A stretch of 64,000 bases of DNA from the human T2T-CHM13v2.0 reference genome, Homo sapiens: assembly GCF_009914755.1 (NCBI RefSeq), contig NC_060943.1; one strand, given 5' to 3'. The number at the start of each line of letters is the position of its first letter. The stretch's first letter is position 1. The notes under the pieces were generated by a model, which ran no database searches, was not told where the DNA came from, and was given only the letters and a program-made list of their open reading frames with translations. This document shows positions 25,805 to 48,141 of this stretch, piece by piece. The translations under genes were made by a program, and so were the position numbers.

Positions 25805-25934
<130 letters not shown>

Positions 25935-26099
25935 TTATCCTTGAGAGGATCTAATTGCGAGGAGGCACCAAGGGAGCTTCTGAGGGTTGGAATGTTCTAC
26001 GTCTTGCTGTGGTGGTAGCCAAGGGGGTCTATGTCCATGTCACGATTCCTCAAGCTACACACAAGATTTGAGCACTTTATAAGTTATACATCATTAAAA

Positions 26100-26700
<601 letters not shown>

Positions 26701-28029
26701 AATGGCCCAAGAAGTGGCGGGAGAGAGTGGCTGGGGAGGCCAGGAAGCCAGGAGCTGTCACAGGCGAACATGTCCTTAATTGTAATTACATGGGAACATT
26801 TAGTTTGTAGATGCAGCAGAAATGAAAACGCTGTGCTTTGCCCATTCATCTAATGGCTGTTAGTCAACCACTCTTCAAAAAGAACCCCCCACTTCTCCGC
26901 CCCGGGGCTGTGGTTGCATGGGGGGCAGCCTGCGGGGAGCTGATCAGAGGAGATGGTTTTAAACTAATGATGTCCTCAGGGATACCGAGAGGGACAGTTC
27001 TGGGAAGAATAGAATTTCCCCACCAAAAACCCATGGCTGGTGAATTTCTGAGCCCTGCAAACAGTTACCAGCCCGGAAGTCAGCAGCTGGCGAGTGGGAG
27101 TTCTAATCTGCAAGGCTAGATTAGGGGAGATACAATGTATCCAAGAGAGATCAAGGTTCTTTAACTCACCCTAGCGGGTGGGGGAAGCCTTCCTAGAAGG
27201 GCTGACATCTAAACTGTGCTTAAATGTATACTTTGAGGCAGGCAAGCAAAAAAGGAAGGAAGAAAGGCCTTCCAAAGAGAGAGAACAGCTTGTGCAAAGG
27301 TTGAGAAGGAATTACGCTTACAACCATGAGCGTGACTGGGTGGGAAGTGGGGCAGGGATGGGGATGGGGGTGTAGCTGGGGAAGTCAGCAGAGCCCAGAC
27401 CACTTATAAGACATGCTGAGGAGATGGGACTTTGTCCTGAGGGCGATAGGGAGTCATGGAGGGTTCACAACAGGTGAACACAGTCCAGGATAATATTTTT
27501 TAAAAATTGGGGGCCATTCATATGATATTTCACTTACTCAAAAAGAGAGAGCTTCCTGGTCCTGGAGGCATGCAAAATAAGGTCACACTAACCACCCGGG
27601 GTACCCTGGGGGATTTCAATATCAGGTGGGGCTGAGGCTGGGACTGCAGAATTGGGGTTCTCAGGCAGGAGGGCGAGGTGCTGAGAGAGGTTTGATGTGT
27701 TACTAATCTCGCTTGGGGGGTACACTTGGCCCTCTGGCTTTGAGACAGTGAGGAGCAGGGGGTGTGGATGACTCAGGAGTACAGACGCCAGAGTGGGAGG
27801 TTTGAGTCAGCGCCTAGTGTATACCTCTCCCAGCCACTCTCAGCTGGAGGTGACTCACTCATTCATTTGGCCTTGAATGTAGAGGACTGGAGTAGGCAGT
27901 GGGGGAAGGAAAAGACCACCCAACTATCCCACTACTGTTCACCCCTCCTGCCACTGTGGGTCCAGTCCTGTGCAGGAACGACCGATCCACCTCCCCCACA
28001 ACCCAATACTTCTAGAATGAAATCTGTTG

Positions 28030-28535
28030 GCTCCAAATAGACCTTGGTCTTGTCCTCTCCTCACTCCTCCTGTGGTTCCAGCCTTGACCTGGCACCATCG
28101 CTGCTTATCTGGATGAGCAGGGTCACCTCCATTCTGGTACCTGGCTCCCACCCCGCAGTCTCTCCTCCCCACAGCAAGCAGCCAGAGAGCTCCTATGAAC
28201 CTCCTATGAGTCAGCGTCCATCCCTCCTCTACCCACAGCCCTCCATGGCTTCCATCTCCCTTGGGGTCAAAGCCCAAGTCCTTACGAAGTGCTTTTTAGC
28301 CCTGCACTACCTGCCCCATCCCTTCCCCACCCTCTGCTCCCCTCCTCCCTCTCTCCCCCTCCTCACTCTGCTCCAGCCACACAGGCCTCCTCGCTGTTCT
28401 GTCAGACTTAGCGCTGCCTCGGGACCTTTGCACGGGCTGGTTCCCTCCACCTGGAACTCTTCTCCCAGTTTTCCCCACAGCTTCTTTTTATTCTCCTTAA
28501 ACATCACCTCCTCAGGAAAGCCCTCCTTGATTGCT
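28030..28535 (+). mobile_element. L2-derived GC-rich module, copy A
   Basis: ccctccatggct...gtcaaagcccaagtcct...ctctgctccagccacac...cctttgcac...atcacctcctcaggaaagccctcc. Confidence 0.7.
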
Positions 28536-28849
28536 GGTCTAAAGTAACATCCAACTCACTCTCCACCTCATGCCCTTGTTTTTATTTTCGTCATTTTTTT
28601 TTAGTTTGCTTGTATGGTCTTTTGAAATGACCCGCTGTATCTGTTTTTCCCCACCAGACCTCACCGTGGAGCCTGGGCCCAACTCGGTGGTGCCGTATCC
28701 CCAGCACCCCGTATGGGCAAGTGATTGTGCTTGTTCCTCGATTGAATGGATCTTCACAGCAGTCCTGGGATGTGGAGGCTTTTATCTACCCCATTTCACA
28801 CAGGGAAAACTGAGGCTCAAAGACATGGAGCCCTCCCCCCCACCACTTG

Positions 28850-30283
<1,434 letters not shown>

Positions 30284-30783
30284 AGGGACAGCCCCTCATA
30301 ATGATCTTGTTCCCTTGTTTATTTACTGTGGCCTCCAGGAGACTTTGGGGGGCCATATCTCCTCATCCACTGCTGTATTCATTCAGCAAATATGTCCTTA
30401 GTACCCCCTCCCCAGTCCACTGCCTCTTGTTTTGTATATTTCTTCTTTTTTCTCCCCCTTCTGTCCCCATAACCACTGGAATTGGCTTTTTTTTTTTTTT
30501 TTGACAGGGTCTGTCACCCAGGCTGGGGTGCAGTTGTGTGATCTCAGCTCACTGCAGCCTCAACCTTCTAGGCTCAGGTGATCCTGCCACCTCAGCTTCC
30601 CAAGTAGCTGGGACTACAGGTGAATGCCACCACAGCCGGCTAATTTTTAAATTTTTTCTAGAAATAAGGTCTCGCTATGTTTCCCAGGCTGGTCTCGAAC
30701 TCCTGGCTTCAAACAATCCTCCTGCCTCGGCCTCCCAAAGTTCAGAATGGGCTTTAAAACAAAAAGCCTGTGTGTGTTCTTGA

Positions 30784-31002
<219 letters not shown>

Positions 31003-31311
31003 TAGTAGAGATCGGGTTTCTCCATGTTGGTCAGGCTGGTCTCAAACTCCCAACCTCAGGTGATCTGCACACCTTGGCCCTCCAAAGTGCTGGGATTACA
31101 AATGTGAGAAAGAAACGTGCCCAGCTGCGTTTCTTTTCTCTTAACTTTCTTATTGAGGTGAAACTTGGAAACCCCAAATGCAGAAATCTCAAGTGTACAA
31201 GCCAGGTGAATTTTGACCTAAACACACAGGGGTGCTTGTCACCAGCAGCCAGATGGAGATAAAGATTTAGGGCCCCCAACTAGTGGGAGGGGAGTAAGGT
31301 GAGTCTTGTAG

Positions 31312-31644
<333 letters not shown>

Positions 31645-31656
31645 TAGCAAGATTGA

Positions 31657-32388
<732 letters not shown>

Positions 32389-32620
32389 CATCTGGATATT
32401 TTATTTGCATTAATTTTGATTTTTTTAAAAAAATATTGCAGTCAGCTGTGCACAGTGGCTCATGCCTATAATCCTATCATTTTGGGAGGCTGAGGCAGGA
32501 GGATCGCTTGAGCCCACAAGTTAGAGGCCAACCTGAACAACATAGCAAGACCCCATCTCTACAAAAAATGAAATAAATTAACCAGGCATGGTGGCGCATG
32601 CCTGTGATCTCAGCTATTCA

Positions 32621-32992
<372 letters not shown>

Positions 32993-32999
32993 TTAATTT

Positions 33000-33270
33000 A
33001 AAAAAATAAAGAAGAGAGAGAGAGAGAAGGAGGGAAGGAAGGGAGGGAGGGAAAAAGGAAGAAAGAAAGAAAGGAATGAAAGGAAAGAAAGAAAGAGAAG
33101 GAAGGAAGAGAAAGGAAGAAAGAGAAAAAGAAAGAACAAAAGAAAAGGAAAGAAAGAAAAGAAAGAGAAAAGAAAAAAGAAAGGAAAGAAAGAAAAAGAA
33201 AGAAAGAAAGGAAGAAAGAAAAGAAAGAAAGCAAGCAGAAAAAAAAGAAAAAAGAAAAGAAAAGAAAAAG
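33000..33270 (+). repeat. Long A/G-rich Alu-tail expansion; a second (GAGAA)n tract lies at ~33550-33665
   Basis: Nearly pure purine tract. Confidence 0.9.
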
Positions 33271-33331
33271 GTCAGGCACAGTAGCTCAGGCCTGTAATCC
33301 CAGCACTTTGGGAGGCCAAGGCAGTGGATCA

Positions 33332-33788
<457 letters not shown>

Positions 33789-33794
33789 GGAAGA

Positions 33795-34449
<655 letters not shown>

Positions 34450-34933
34450 TAGCTGAGACTACAGGCACCCGCCACCACGCCTGGCTAATTTTTTGTATTT
34501 TTTAGTACACATGGGGTTTCACCGTGTTAACCAGGATGGTCTCGATCTCCTGACTTCGTGATCCACCCTCCTTGGCCTCCCAAAGTGCTGGGATTACAGG
34601 CATGAGCCACCGCGCCCGGCCTTTCTTGGCATTCTTGTATCTTCCCTTTGGATCAGCTTTATGGAGGTGTAATTTAAGGATACAGTTCGATGAACTTTGA
34701 CAAATGTATACACCTGTGTAGCCACTACCTCCTTCCAGATGTACAACATTTTTATCACCCCAGGAAGCTCCCTCAGGACATGTGTTGTTATTTTATTTAT
34801 TTGTTTATTTATTTATTTATTTTGGGGATGGAGTCTTGCTCTGTCGCCCAGGCTGGAGGACAGTGGCGCAGTCTCGGCTCACTGCAACCTCCACCTCCTG
34901 GGTTCAAGCGATTCTCCTGCCTCAGCCCTCTGA

Positions 34934-35386
<453 letters not shown>

Positions 35387-35630
35387 TAGTAGAGACGGGG
35401 TTTCACCATGTTAGTCAGGATGGTCTCGATCTCCTGACCTCGTGATCTGCCTGCCTCGGCCTCCCAAAGTGCTGGGATTACAGGCGTGAGCCACCGTGCC
35501 CAGCCGAATATTCCCATCCTTGACAGCGTTTGATGGGGATGGGGATGAGTTACCCCGGGCCCTGCTGGGAGTGTTAAATAATCTATGCTGAGTGCATCTT
35601 ATCAGCATCCTAAAATCTGGAACATTCTAG

Positions 35631-36027
<397 letters not shown>

Positions 36028-36366
36028 TGATTAGAACAGACCTGGCCCTTACGGGTTCACAGTCCAGCGAGGGAAGAAGGACACAGGGCATCATGTTTAC
36101 AGCACTGGGTGTTTACAGCATCAGGGCCATGATGGGGGAGTCACAGGCACGGTGGGGCCCAGAGGGAGCACCTGACTCAGGCTGGGGCATCAGGGAGGCT
36201 TCCTGGAGGAAGTGATGCCTGAGCAAAGACCTGAAGGATAAGAAAGGGGTAGCGATGAGGTCAGGAGTTTGAGACCAGCCTGATCCACAAGGTGAAACCC
36301 TGTCTCTACTAAAAATACAAAAATTAGCTGGGTGTGGTGGCAGGCACCTGTAATCTCAGCTACTCA

Positions 36367-36468
<102 letters not shown>

Positions 36469-37039
36469 TCAGAAAGAAGGAAAAGGAGGGGAAGGGAGAG
36501 GAGAGAAGGGGAGAGGAGGGGAGGGGAGGGGAGGGGCTCCAGGCAGCAAGTATAGCTTGTGCAAAGGCCCTGAGGTGCTTGGAGGGCCTGACATCTGCCC
36601 CTCGGGGCTTCAAGTTATCCTGGTAGGTGGAAGAACACAGATGTCCACATTGGCTTTGTAACCTACCTGGTGAGGCCCAGAGCCCTCCTCTGACCCCAGG
36701 GCTCGATTGAGTCTTTGCAGCCAGCGGGTATCCAGGGGGCAATCACTGATCTCGTCTCCCCTGAGGTTTGCTGGGGGCTTGACCCTGCAGCCATCAGGAT
36801 CCCCTCCCTCAAACTTCACCCTCATCCTTGATGCTGGGGTGGGGGCAGGGGAGACAGGTCGGGGAGGTCTCACTCCAGACAGACACACTCCCTGGGCCTT
36901 GGCAGCTGGCTCATCTGAGGCTGAAGAATTTGCTCTTTGAAAAAGGCTTCGCTCTGTGGAAATCTGACATCTTTGTGGATCAATTGTCCCTTTCTTCTGC
37001 TTCCCAGGCTTGAAACTCTGTTCTTTCCCTCCCCCAGTC

Positions 37040-37658
<619 letters not shown>

Positions 37659-37664
37659 CTACTA

Positions 37665-37961
<297 letters not shown>

Positions 37962-38753
37962 TCAATAAAGATTCCTTCTACAATGGAAGGATTAGTCATG
38001 AACCCTCAGGAAAAAAAAAAATAGCTTTGTGTTCCCAAGTCCTGCCTGGAAGCATCTGGCTGTGGACGCCAATAGAGATATTAGGGGGAGAAAAAAAAAA
38101 GGGTCCAAATTTTGGTTGCCTCCTCCTGCCTTTAATTATTTTGTCGACAAGGCTCACAATTCAGTAAGTCAAGGTGGCATTTGAGAGGGACGGTTCCCTT
38201 TAGCGTAGCTGACAGCTAATTTGTGGGAAGTTTAATTACAGGCAGCGTTAATTAACTGGCAGAGTACTGGGCAAGGAAGGCAGCCATCTGTTCCTAAAAA
38301 CGTCCTCCCCTCCTGGGCCTGGCTGGGAGGCTGTGAGGGGTGGGCTAGAAAGAAGACAGGGTGAAGAGGCGGGGACAGAGGAGGAGGGAGGAGGGAGGAC
38401 CAGGTGATGAATCACGGCCTTCTTCACACTGTCAGGGCTGAGATCTTTGGCAGCCAGCCTCCTCCAGTGGCCTCTGGGAGTGGCAGTAACAGTTTCTGGG
38501 AATCTGTCTCTCATTGGTTGTATCACGAGGAGCAGAGGGTGTGGGACAGAGGAGGTGAAGAGCCCACTATTCTTAGCCCATATTAGAGAGGGTTGGCACC
38601 TACCAAAGGAGGTTGGGAGAAGGAACTGGGACAGAGCCAGGGGTGAAGGACACACTCAGCAGTCTTGGCCTAAGAGGGACAGATCACTCTGTCCCTGTTC
38701 CACAATGAGCTCCTTCATTCTGACCATTCTTCATGGGGATGGTACAGAAATAG

Positions 38754-38951
<198 letters not shown>

Positions 38952-40155
38952 TAAATTATTCGTAGAGATGAGGGTCTCTCTGTGTTGCCCAGGCTGGTCT
39001 CAAACTCCCGGGTTCAAGTGTTTCTCCCACCTCAGCGTCCCAAAACCAAGATTACGAAGCCGAGTTTGGGATTACAGGCACGACCCCCTGACTTACAGAG
39101 ATGGGCTTTTGAAATTGAATCTTAGCTTTGTCCCTGCTGTTTGCCCTGGGGCAAGTCACTTAACCTCTCTGGGTTCAGTTTCCTCATCTGGAAAATGGGT
39201 TTGATTAGAACAGAACCTATTGCTATTTGTCTGTCTTTTTTTTTTTTTTTTTTTTTTTTTTTTGACACAGAACTTCACTTTGTTGCCCAGGCTGGAGTGC
39301 AGTGGCACAATCTCAGCTCACTGCAACCTCCGCCTCCCAGGTTCATGCAAGTCTCATGTCTCAGCCTCCTAAGTAACTGGGATTACAGGCGCCTGCTGCC
39401 ACACCCTGCTGATTTTTTGTATTTTAGTAGAGACGGGGTTTCACCATGTTGCCCAGGCTGATCTCGTACTCCTGAGCTCAGGCAGTCTGCCCATCTCAGC
39501 CTCCCAAAGTGCTAGGATTACAGGCGTGAGCCACCATGCCCGGCCTGTCATTTATCTTTCTAGACTAATTAAGCCCAAGTATTTTCAGGCTACTGAAGAG
39601 ATCTCTGTTATTACGAGAACTGTGTATGTGTATTCAAAGGTGCAAAGTGTTCAATAAGGTTGAGAACTCCTGTGCCTTCTGCAACTCTGGGCCCTCGCAT
39701 ATGCTGTTCCTTCCACCTGGAACACCCTTCCCACCCCTGCCCAGTGGCTTCGGTTTTACTTATGAGCCTTGACGTGGAAGCCTCCTCCCTGGGAAGCCTT
39801 CCCGGGCCCGCCAGGCTGGGGCAAGTGCCTCTCTGGTTGCCCGCAGGATCTGCGTGTCCTCCATCACAGCCCTAATCACCCTGTCCCCGCCTGGTCACAC
39901 TCCGACTTCCCCACTGGACTGGAAGCCCCAGGCAGGCAGGGACTGGGTGCCCAGCACAGGCCTGAAGAAGTAGGTAGTCAGTGCTTGTGTGGACAAACAG
40001 CGAGAGCTATGACCCATACATTGCAAGGTAGAGGCCAGTGGAATTCAAAGTCAGAGCCGTTTAAAAATGGGCCAGGCCAGGTGCAGTGGCTCACACCTGT
40101 AATTCCAGCACTTTGGGAGGCCGAGGCAGGAGGAACACTTGAGGTTAGGAGTTCA

Positions 40156-40443
<288 letters not shown>

Positions 40444-40764
40444 TCACACAGTCAGGGCAGTCCTGGGGTCGGGGAGTCCTCAGAAATAAGTTCAAATCCT
40501 GGCTCTACCACTGCTCTGCTGTGCAACCTTGGCAAGTCGCTTTCCCTCTCTGGGCTCGGTTTTCTCAGCTGTCATTCGGATGTGCCTCGTTTCTGGCCCC
40601 TCCACATCTCAGCCGAGGGCTCTGCCTCCAGAACTGGCCCACTTTCACTCGTCCACGCCCACCCATCGGCTCCTGCCTGGATCAAGACCGTCACTTCCTC
40701 CCTCTCCACACCTCTCCACCCGTCACTCTCCGCATCAAACGAAGCCTTTAAAAGCATTAATCAG

Positions 40765-42260
<1,496 letters not shown>

Positions 42261-43081
42261 ATGACCACTTCTCCTCTGCTCCCAGACGCAGTCTCCTCTG
42301 GCTACACTGCCCATTTTGACGTTTCCTGCCTGAGGACCTCTGCATTTGCTGTTCCCTCTGCCTGGAATGCTGTTCCCCATATCTCCCTTCATGTCTTTCT
42401 GTGGTTGAATCTTTCCAATCTATTTTTTTTTTTTTTTTTTTTGAGTTGGAGTTTTGCTCTGTCGCCAGGCTGGAGTGCAATGGAGCAATCTCAGCTTACT
42501 GCAACCTCCACCCACCTCCCAGGTTCAAGCGATTCTTCTGCCTCAGCCCCCCAAGTAGCTGAGACCACAGGTACATGCCACCATGTCCGGCTAATTTTTT
42601 GTATGTTTAGTAGAGACGGGGTTTCACCATATTAGCCAGGCAGGTCTCGAACTCCTGACCTCATGATCCACCCACCTCGGCCTCCCAAAGTGCTGGGATT
42701 ACAGGCGTGAGCCACCACGCCTGGCCAAATCGTTCCCATCTTTTAGGTCTCTGCACATATGTCACCTCCTCAGGGAGGCCCTCCCTGATCACTCCTAACT
42801 AAATTCACCACCCCCCTCCATAACCCGCTATTCCATCACCATGTTGCACTAAAAAACAAAAACAAAAACAAAAAAACTGCAATTCATTAGATAATAAATT
42901 CCCTGAGAGTGGGGTCTCTCTTGGTCACAGCAGTGTCCCCAGCACAGCACTAGCGGATAGCAGGTGCTCATTAAATATGGATCAAGAGGCAGGAGTTTGA
43001 GATCAGCCTGCGCAACATGAAAAAACCCACTACAAAAATTAGCCAGGCATAGTGGCGCATGCCTGTAATCCCAGCTGATTA

Positions 43082-43303
<222 letters not shown>

Positions 43304-44700
43304 TCAGGTAAATCGAATCACCTCTCTGTTCCTCATCTGGAAGGTGGAATTAACATGCCTCTCTTGCAGGAGTGTGGGGAGGTTTAATCCAGCAGGCACC
43401 AGCCCTGAGCTCCCTGAGTCCTCCTGTGGGCAAAAGCCCCAGTCCTCATTTGCAGATGCCCTGGAACCTACCTAGCCTCGCCCAGCCAGGGTGCAGCCTC
43501 AGGGAATGCTTGCTGAATGGCAGAATAGACAAATCAGTGACAACACAAGCAAATGCCTTTTCCTGGTAATTAAGTTCACTTGGTAATTAAGTCCTCAAAC
43601 ATCCCAGCCCTCCCTCATCTTAGCCCTAAGGACTTATTTTGCAATTCTCCAAAATGCTCAGAATCAACTGCACCGCCCGTCCCTTCACACGGACTGTGAA
43701 CCAGGCATCGCCTGGTGTGCTCTTTCCCCCAACTTCCACTTTTCTTGCCAAGTTCCTACTTGTCCTTCAAGTCCACTTGAAATCTCCCCTCCTCCAGGAA
43801 GCCTGCCCTGAACCCCATTATCTGGGCTCCCTCAGCCCTGGCTGTCTGGGTCCATCTCTTACCCAAGCCTGGGGCTCCTTGAGGGCTGGGCAGGGGCTGG
43901 AGAACTCTTGGAGTCCGCTGTGTTTCCCAGCGCAGATGTGGGCACCCAGTGGGGAACCCTAAATACTCAGTGAGTGCATTCATGGGGCCAGGGTTCAAAT
44001 CCCAGCTCAGTCACTTTGCGGCTTTGTAGTCCTAGTGAGTCTGGTCCCCTGTCACAGACTCAGTTTCCCCCCTCTAGAAGATGGGGTGTCCACAGGAACC
44101 TGGCCCTGGATGCAGGGGGTCAGCGGAGTTTCCCGCAAGGCACGGTCACAGGCTGCAGGCTGCATTGCTCAGTGGCAGTGCTGGTGGCTCCTGCCATCCC
44201 CGAGTGCCCCCCTCCTCTGGGGCTCAGTTTCCCCATTTGGCCACACTCCCCCTTAGACAAACACAGACGGGGCGCCACCTGGCTGGGCAGGAGGGGGCCT
44301 CGGCAGCTTCTCACGAAGAACAGCAGCCAAGGTGGGGGCTGGCGGGGCTGGCACAGGCCGGCCTCGTTAAGCTGCCAGTCCTTGGCACCACTCTGCTTTC
44401 GTGGAGGCGTCTGGAGAAGGGCCCAGGCCTGGCTGTTGGGGGACTGAGGAAGCTGGGATGAAGCTGAGACCCTTTTTCAGAGGGGGCAGGCCCTGAGTGA
44501 TGGCAAGGAGTTCTATGTTCACTTATTAAGCATCTACTGGATGCCAGACCAGGCTACTCAGGCAGGGCGTTTGCCCGTGCTGTTCTAGCTGCCAGGATCG
44601 CGTTTCCTGTTCATAGCACTATCCACTGCTCATTCTGATCTCAGTCTAGAAGACACCACCTCCAGGAAGCCTTCTAGATTCTCTAGAATAAGCCAGGTGC

Positions 44701-45282
<582 letters not shown>

Positions 45283-45574
45283 TAGGCACTATGCTTAGCA
45301 CCGTCCATGCTCAGCGAACCCCGCAGTGCAGGTGCTGATGCTGCCTCCTCTTTACAGAAGGGGCAACTGAGGCTCACAGTGGCTGAATGGTGGAGTGAAG
45401 CCACATGGCCTGGAGTCTGGTGCACAGAAGGGCCCGGGAAAAGCTCATTTCCATCCCCAGGGACAGTGAGCTCACTCACCACTGAAGGAGGCCTAAGCTG
45501 GAGGTGTGGGGATTCATTCATTCAACAAATATGTATTGGGCAGCCATTGAAGGCCAGGTTACTCAAGTGTGTCC

Positions 45575-46060
45575 GAGTGACAGGTGGTGTTGGACGCCTC
45601 CAACATCTGTTGTCTTGTCCTCCATAGTAATAGAAGCCCTGGTTTTCAGCTGCACAGTTGGCCATTCAGAATAAATACTACATTTCCCAGCAAGCTTTCT
45701 GCCAGGCATGGCCACGTGACTAATTCTGGCCAATGCAGTGTGAGCAGAAGTGGTGCCTGGGATTTCCAAGAAGTGTCCTTAAAGGGACAGGGTGAGCTCT
45801 TCCTCACTCTTTCCTCCTCATTGCCTGGGAGGCAGATGTGATGGCTGGAGCTCACGCACCTGCCTTGTCCCACGAGGAGGAGGCCATTTACTGAGGATAT
45901 GGTGGATGGAAGGAGTCTGGGCTGCAGACACCCCAGCATCTCCATGCCATCCCAGGAATGACTACTCACATTCCACATTCAGAAGCAAATCAGCCCTGTA
46001 CGCCTACACCGCTGTGGTTGGGTCTTGCTTACCACAGCCAACCCGAGCCTGACCGCTACA
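45575..46060 (+). mobile_element. MLT1-type LTR (H/I/J class)
   Basis: actacatttcccagc...ggccacgtgactaattctggccaatg...gagcagaagtg; ends ...gctaca. Confidence 0.65.
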
Positions 46061-46599
46061 TTTGTCCCTCTCTGCTTCTGTTTTTCCACTCTTGCCTCCT
46101 CTCATGCCTGCTGGACTGAAAAACCTGCCTCTGCTTGGTAGCACTGGGCTGCAAGGGCCATCCACAGTGGCCAAGGCAGTGGCCTCTAGATAGTGTGGCC
46201 TCCGTCTGTGGCAGTAGACAGAGCAGGGGCAGGAGTGCCACCAGGGGCCGGGCATGGTGGCTCACAAATGTAACCCCAGCACTTTGGGAGGCTGAGACTG
46301 GCAGATCACTTGAGGTCAGGAGTTCGAGACAAGCCTGGGCAACCTAGCAAAACCCCCGTTTCTATTAAGATACAAAAATTAGCCGGGCATGGCAGCATGT
46401 GCTCGTGGCCTCAACTGATCTGCCCGCCTCGGGCTCCTAAAGTGCTAGGATTACGGACATGAGCCACCATGCCCGGCCTTTTCTCCCTTTCTTAGAAGGA
46501 AAACCTCTGCAAAGATCTTATTTCCAAATAAGGTCCATTCACAGGGGTTGGTCAGAACCAGGGGTTAGGGGTTCAACATCTCTATTTGGGGCCCACCCA

Positions 46600-46860
46600 C
46601 TACATGGTACAAGAGATTTGTGTGGGAGGTGATCTCAGAAGCTGTGGGAGGGGAGAGAAGTGGGTGGGGAAGGGAAGGAGACAGTAGCGGGCTCATTGAC
46701 AAGACAGTACTGGGTTCGTTGACTTATGGAGCTCATTCGACTGGGGACCTCTAGGAGATATGGTAGAACATACTTCGATTTGTCCCATAAGAGGGACGAG
46801 GGAGTGGGGGCATTTATCTACCACCTCCCATCTGTCACTGGCTGAGGGCTGCTCTGAGAG
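46600..46860 (-). mobile_element. ERVL LTR fragment (LTR16/LTR33-like)
   Basis: atttgtgtgggaggtgatctcagaagc...ctggggacctct...catttatctaccacctcccatc. Confidence 0.45.
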
Positions 46861-48141
46861 GTATTAGGCCAACACAGAAAATCTAAAGACTAAGTAGTCA
46901 GCCTGGCAAAGTGAAGTTGAGGAGCAAGAATTCTGTTCCAGGCAGAGGGAACAGCATTTGCAAAATTCTAGAGGTGAACAAAGCAAGATGCCTCTGGGAC
47001 ATTGCAAATCATCCAGGCTTCAGAGATTGGCAGGCGCCCAACCACAGGGGTGCATGTAGGCCACAGAGAAGAGTGTGGGCTTTATCTGGAGGGCAATGGG
47101 GAGCCATGGGAGAGTTTAGAGCATGGGAAAGACTATGTTACAGGTCTGGAAGCTGAGGCCCAGAGAGGCTAAGGAATTTAGCTGATGTCATACAGCTTAT
47201 GAATGGCAGAGACAGAAATCCGACTTGAGTGGGCTGCAGACAGATTGAGGGTGTGAAATTTGGGGGATGGGGACTGGGGAGGAGGTGAGGCTGATGCCCA
47301 GGGCTGAAGCTCAGGCAGGGGGCACAGTTGGAGACCCAGCTGGAGAGGCAATGCTATAGGGAGAGAGAATGAAGCTGGTGCAAGCCTGGAGGCCAACCTG
47401 GAGGTGCGGACTTGGGACCACTGACCCCCACCAGCCCCACCCTGACCCTGGCACTTGACTCTCCCTCCAAATCAAGTCCAGGAGGGCTCTGAGGATATAT
47501 GGACTCAGACCTGAGTCCGGATAAAAGAGCCAGCTACGGAGAGAAAGGGCTTTCCAGGCAGGAGGCCCAGCCCATGCAAAGGCCCTGGGGCAGGATCCTG
47601 CCTGGTGTGTTGGAGGAACAGCAAGGAGATCTGTGTGGCTGGAGCAGAGTGAGGGATGGTGACAGGGGGTCAGGAATTTGGGTTTTAAGCACTGATCTCA
47701 TTGTAGGGGGGCGTGGCTTGAACAAGTCTGGGTCACTCTTGGAGTCTCAGACAAGGGTAACATTGAACCTTCTACAGTGTGTTGCTAGGAACCTCCAGAA
47801 GCTGATGCTGGTAGCGTCTTCGCACAGTGAGGGCTGAATCTGCACTGCTGGGGGCCGGCAGCCCTTTTGAAGCATCCCTGGGCCTCCTTGGGTCCAAAGA
47901 TACCCTGAGCCTTCAAGAAGTTATCTCAAAGCTTGCCCGGGTACCGGCAAATCACAGACCTAGGAATGATCCATTGGCCACAGGCCCAGGCAGCTGGCAG
48001 CTCCTGGGACAGAATGTAGCAGGGCGATGTCACAGAAGCTGGGGGCATCTAGAACCCTGGTGACTCCTGGTCTCCATGTCATCTGCCAGAAAGGCCACCT
48101 GCGCCAGCACCTCCTGAGACCGGCCTTCAAAGACACGACGC

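Noticed and set aside
26766-26775. p53 half-site GAACATGTCC
   Set aside because: A single decamer without a well-matched adjacent half-site is expected by chance.
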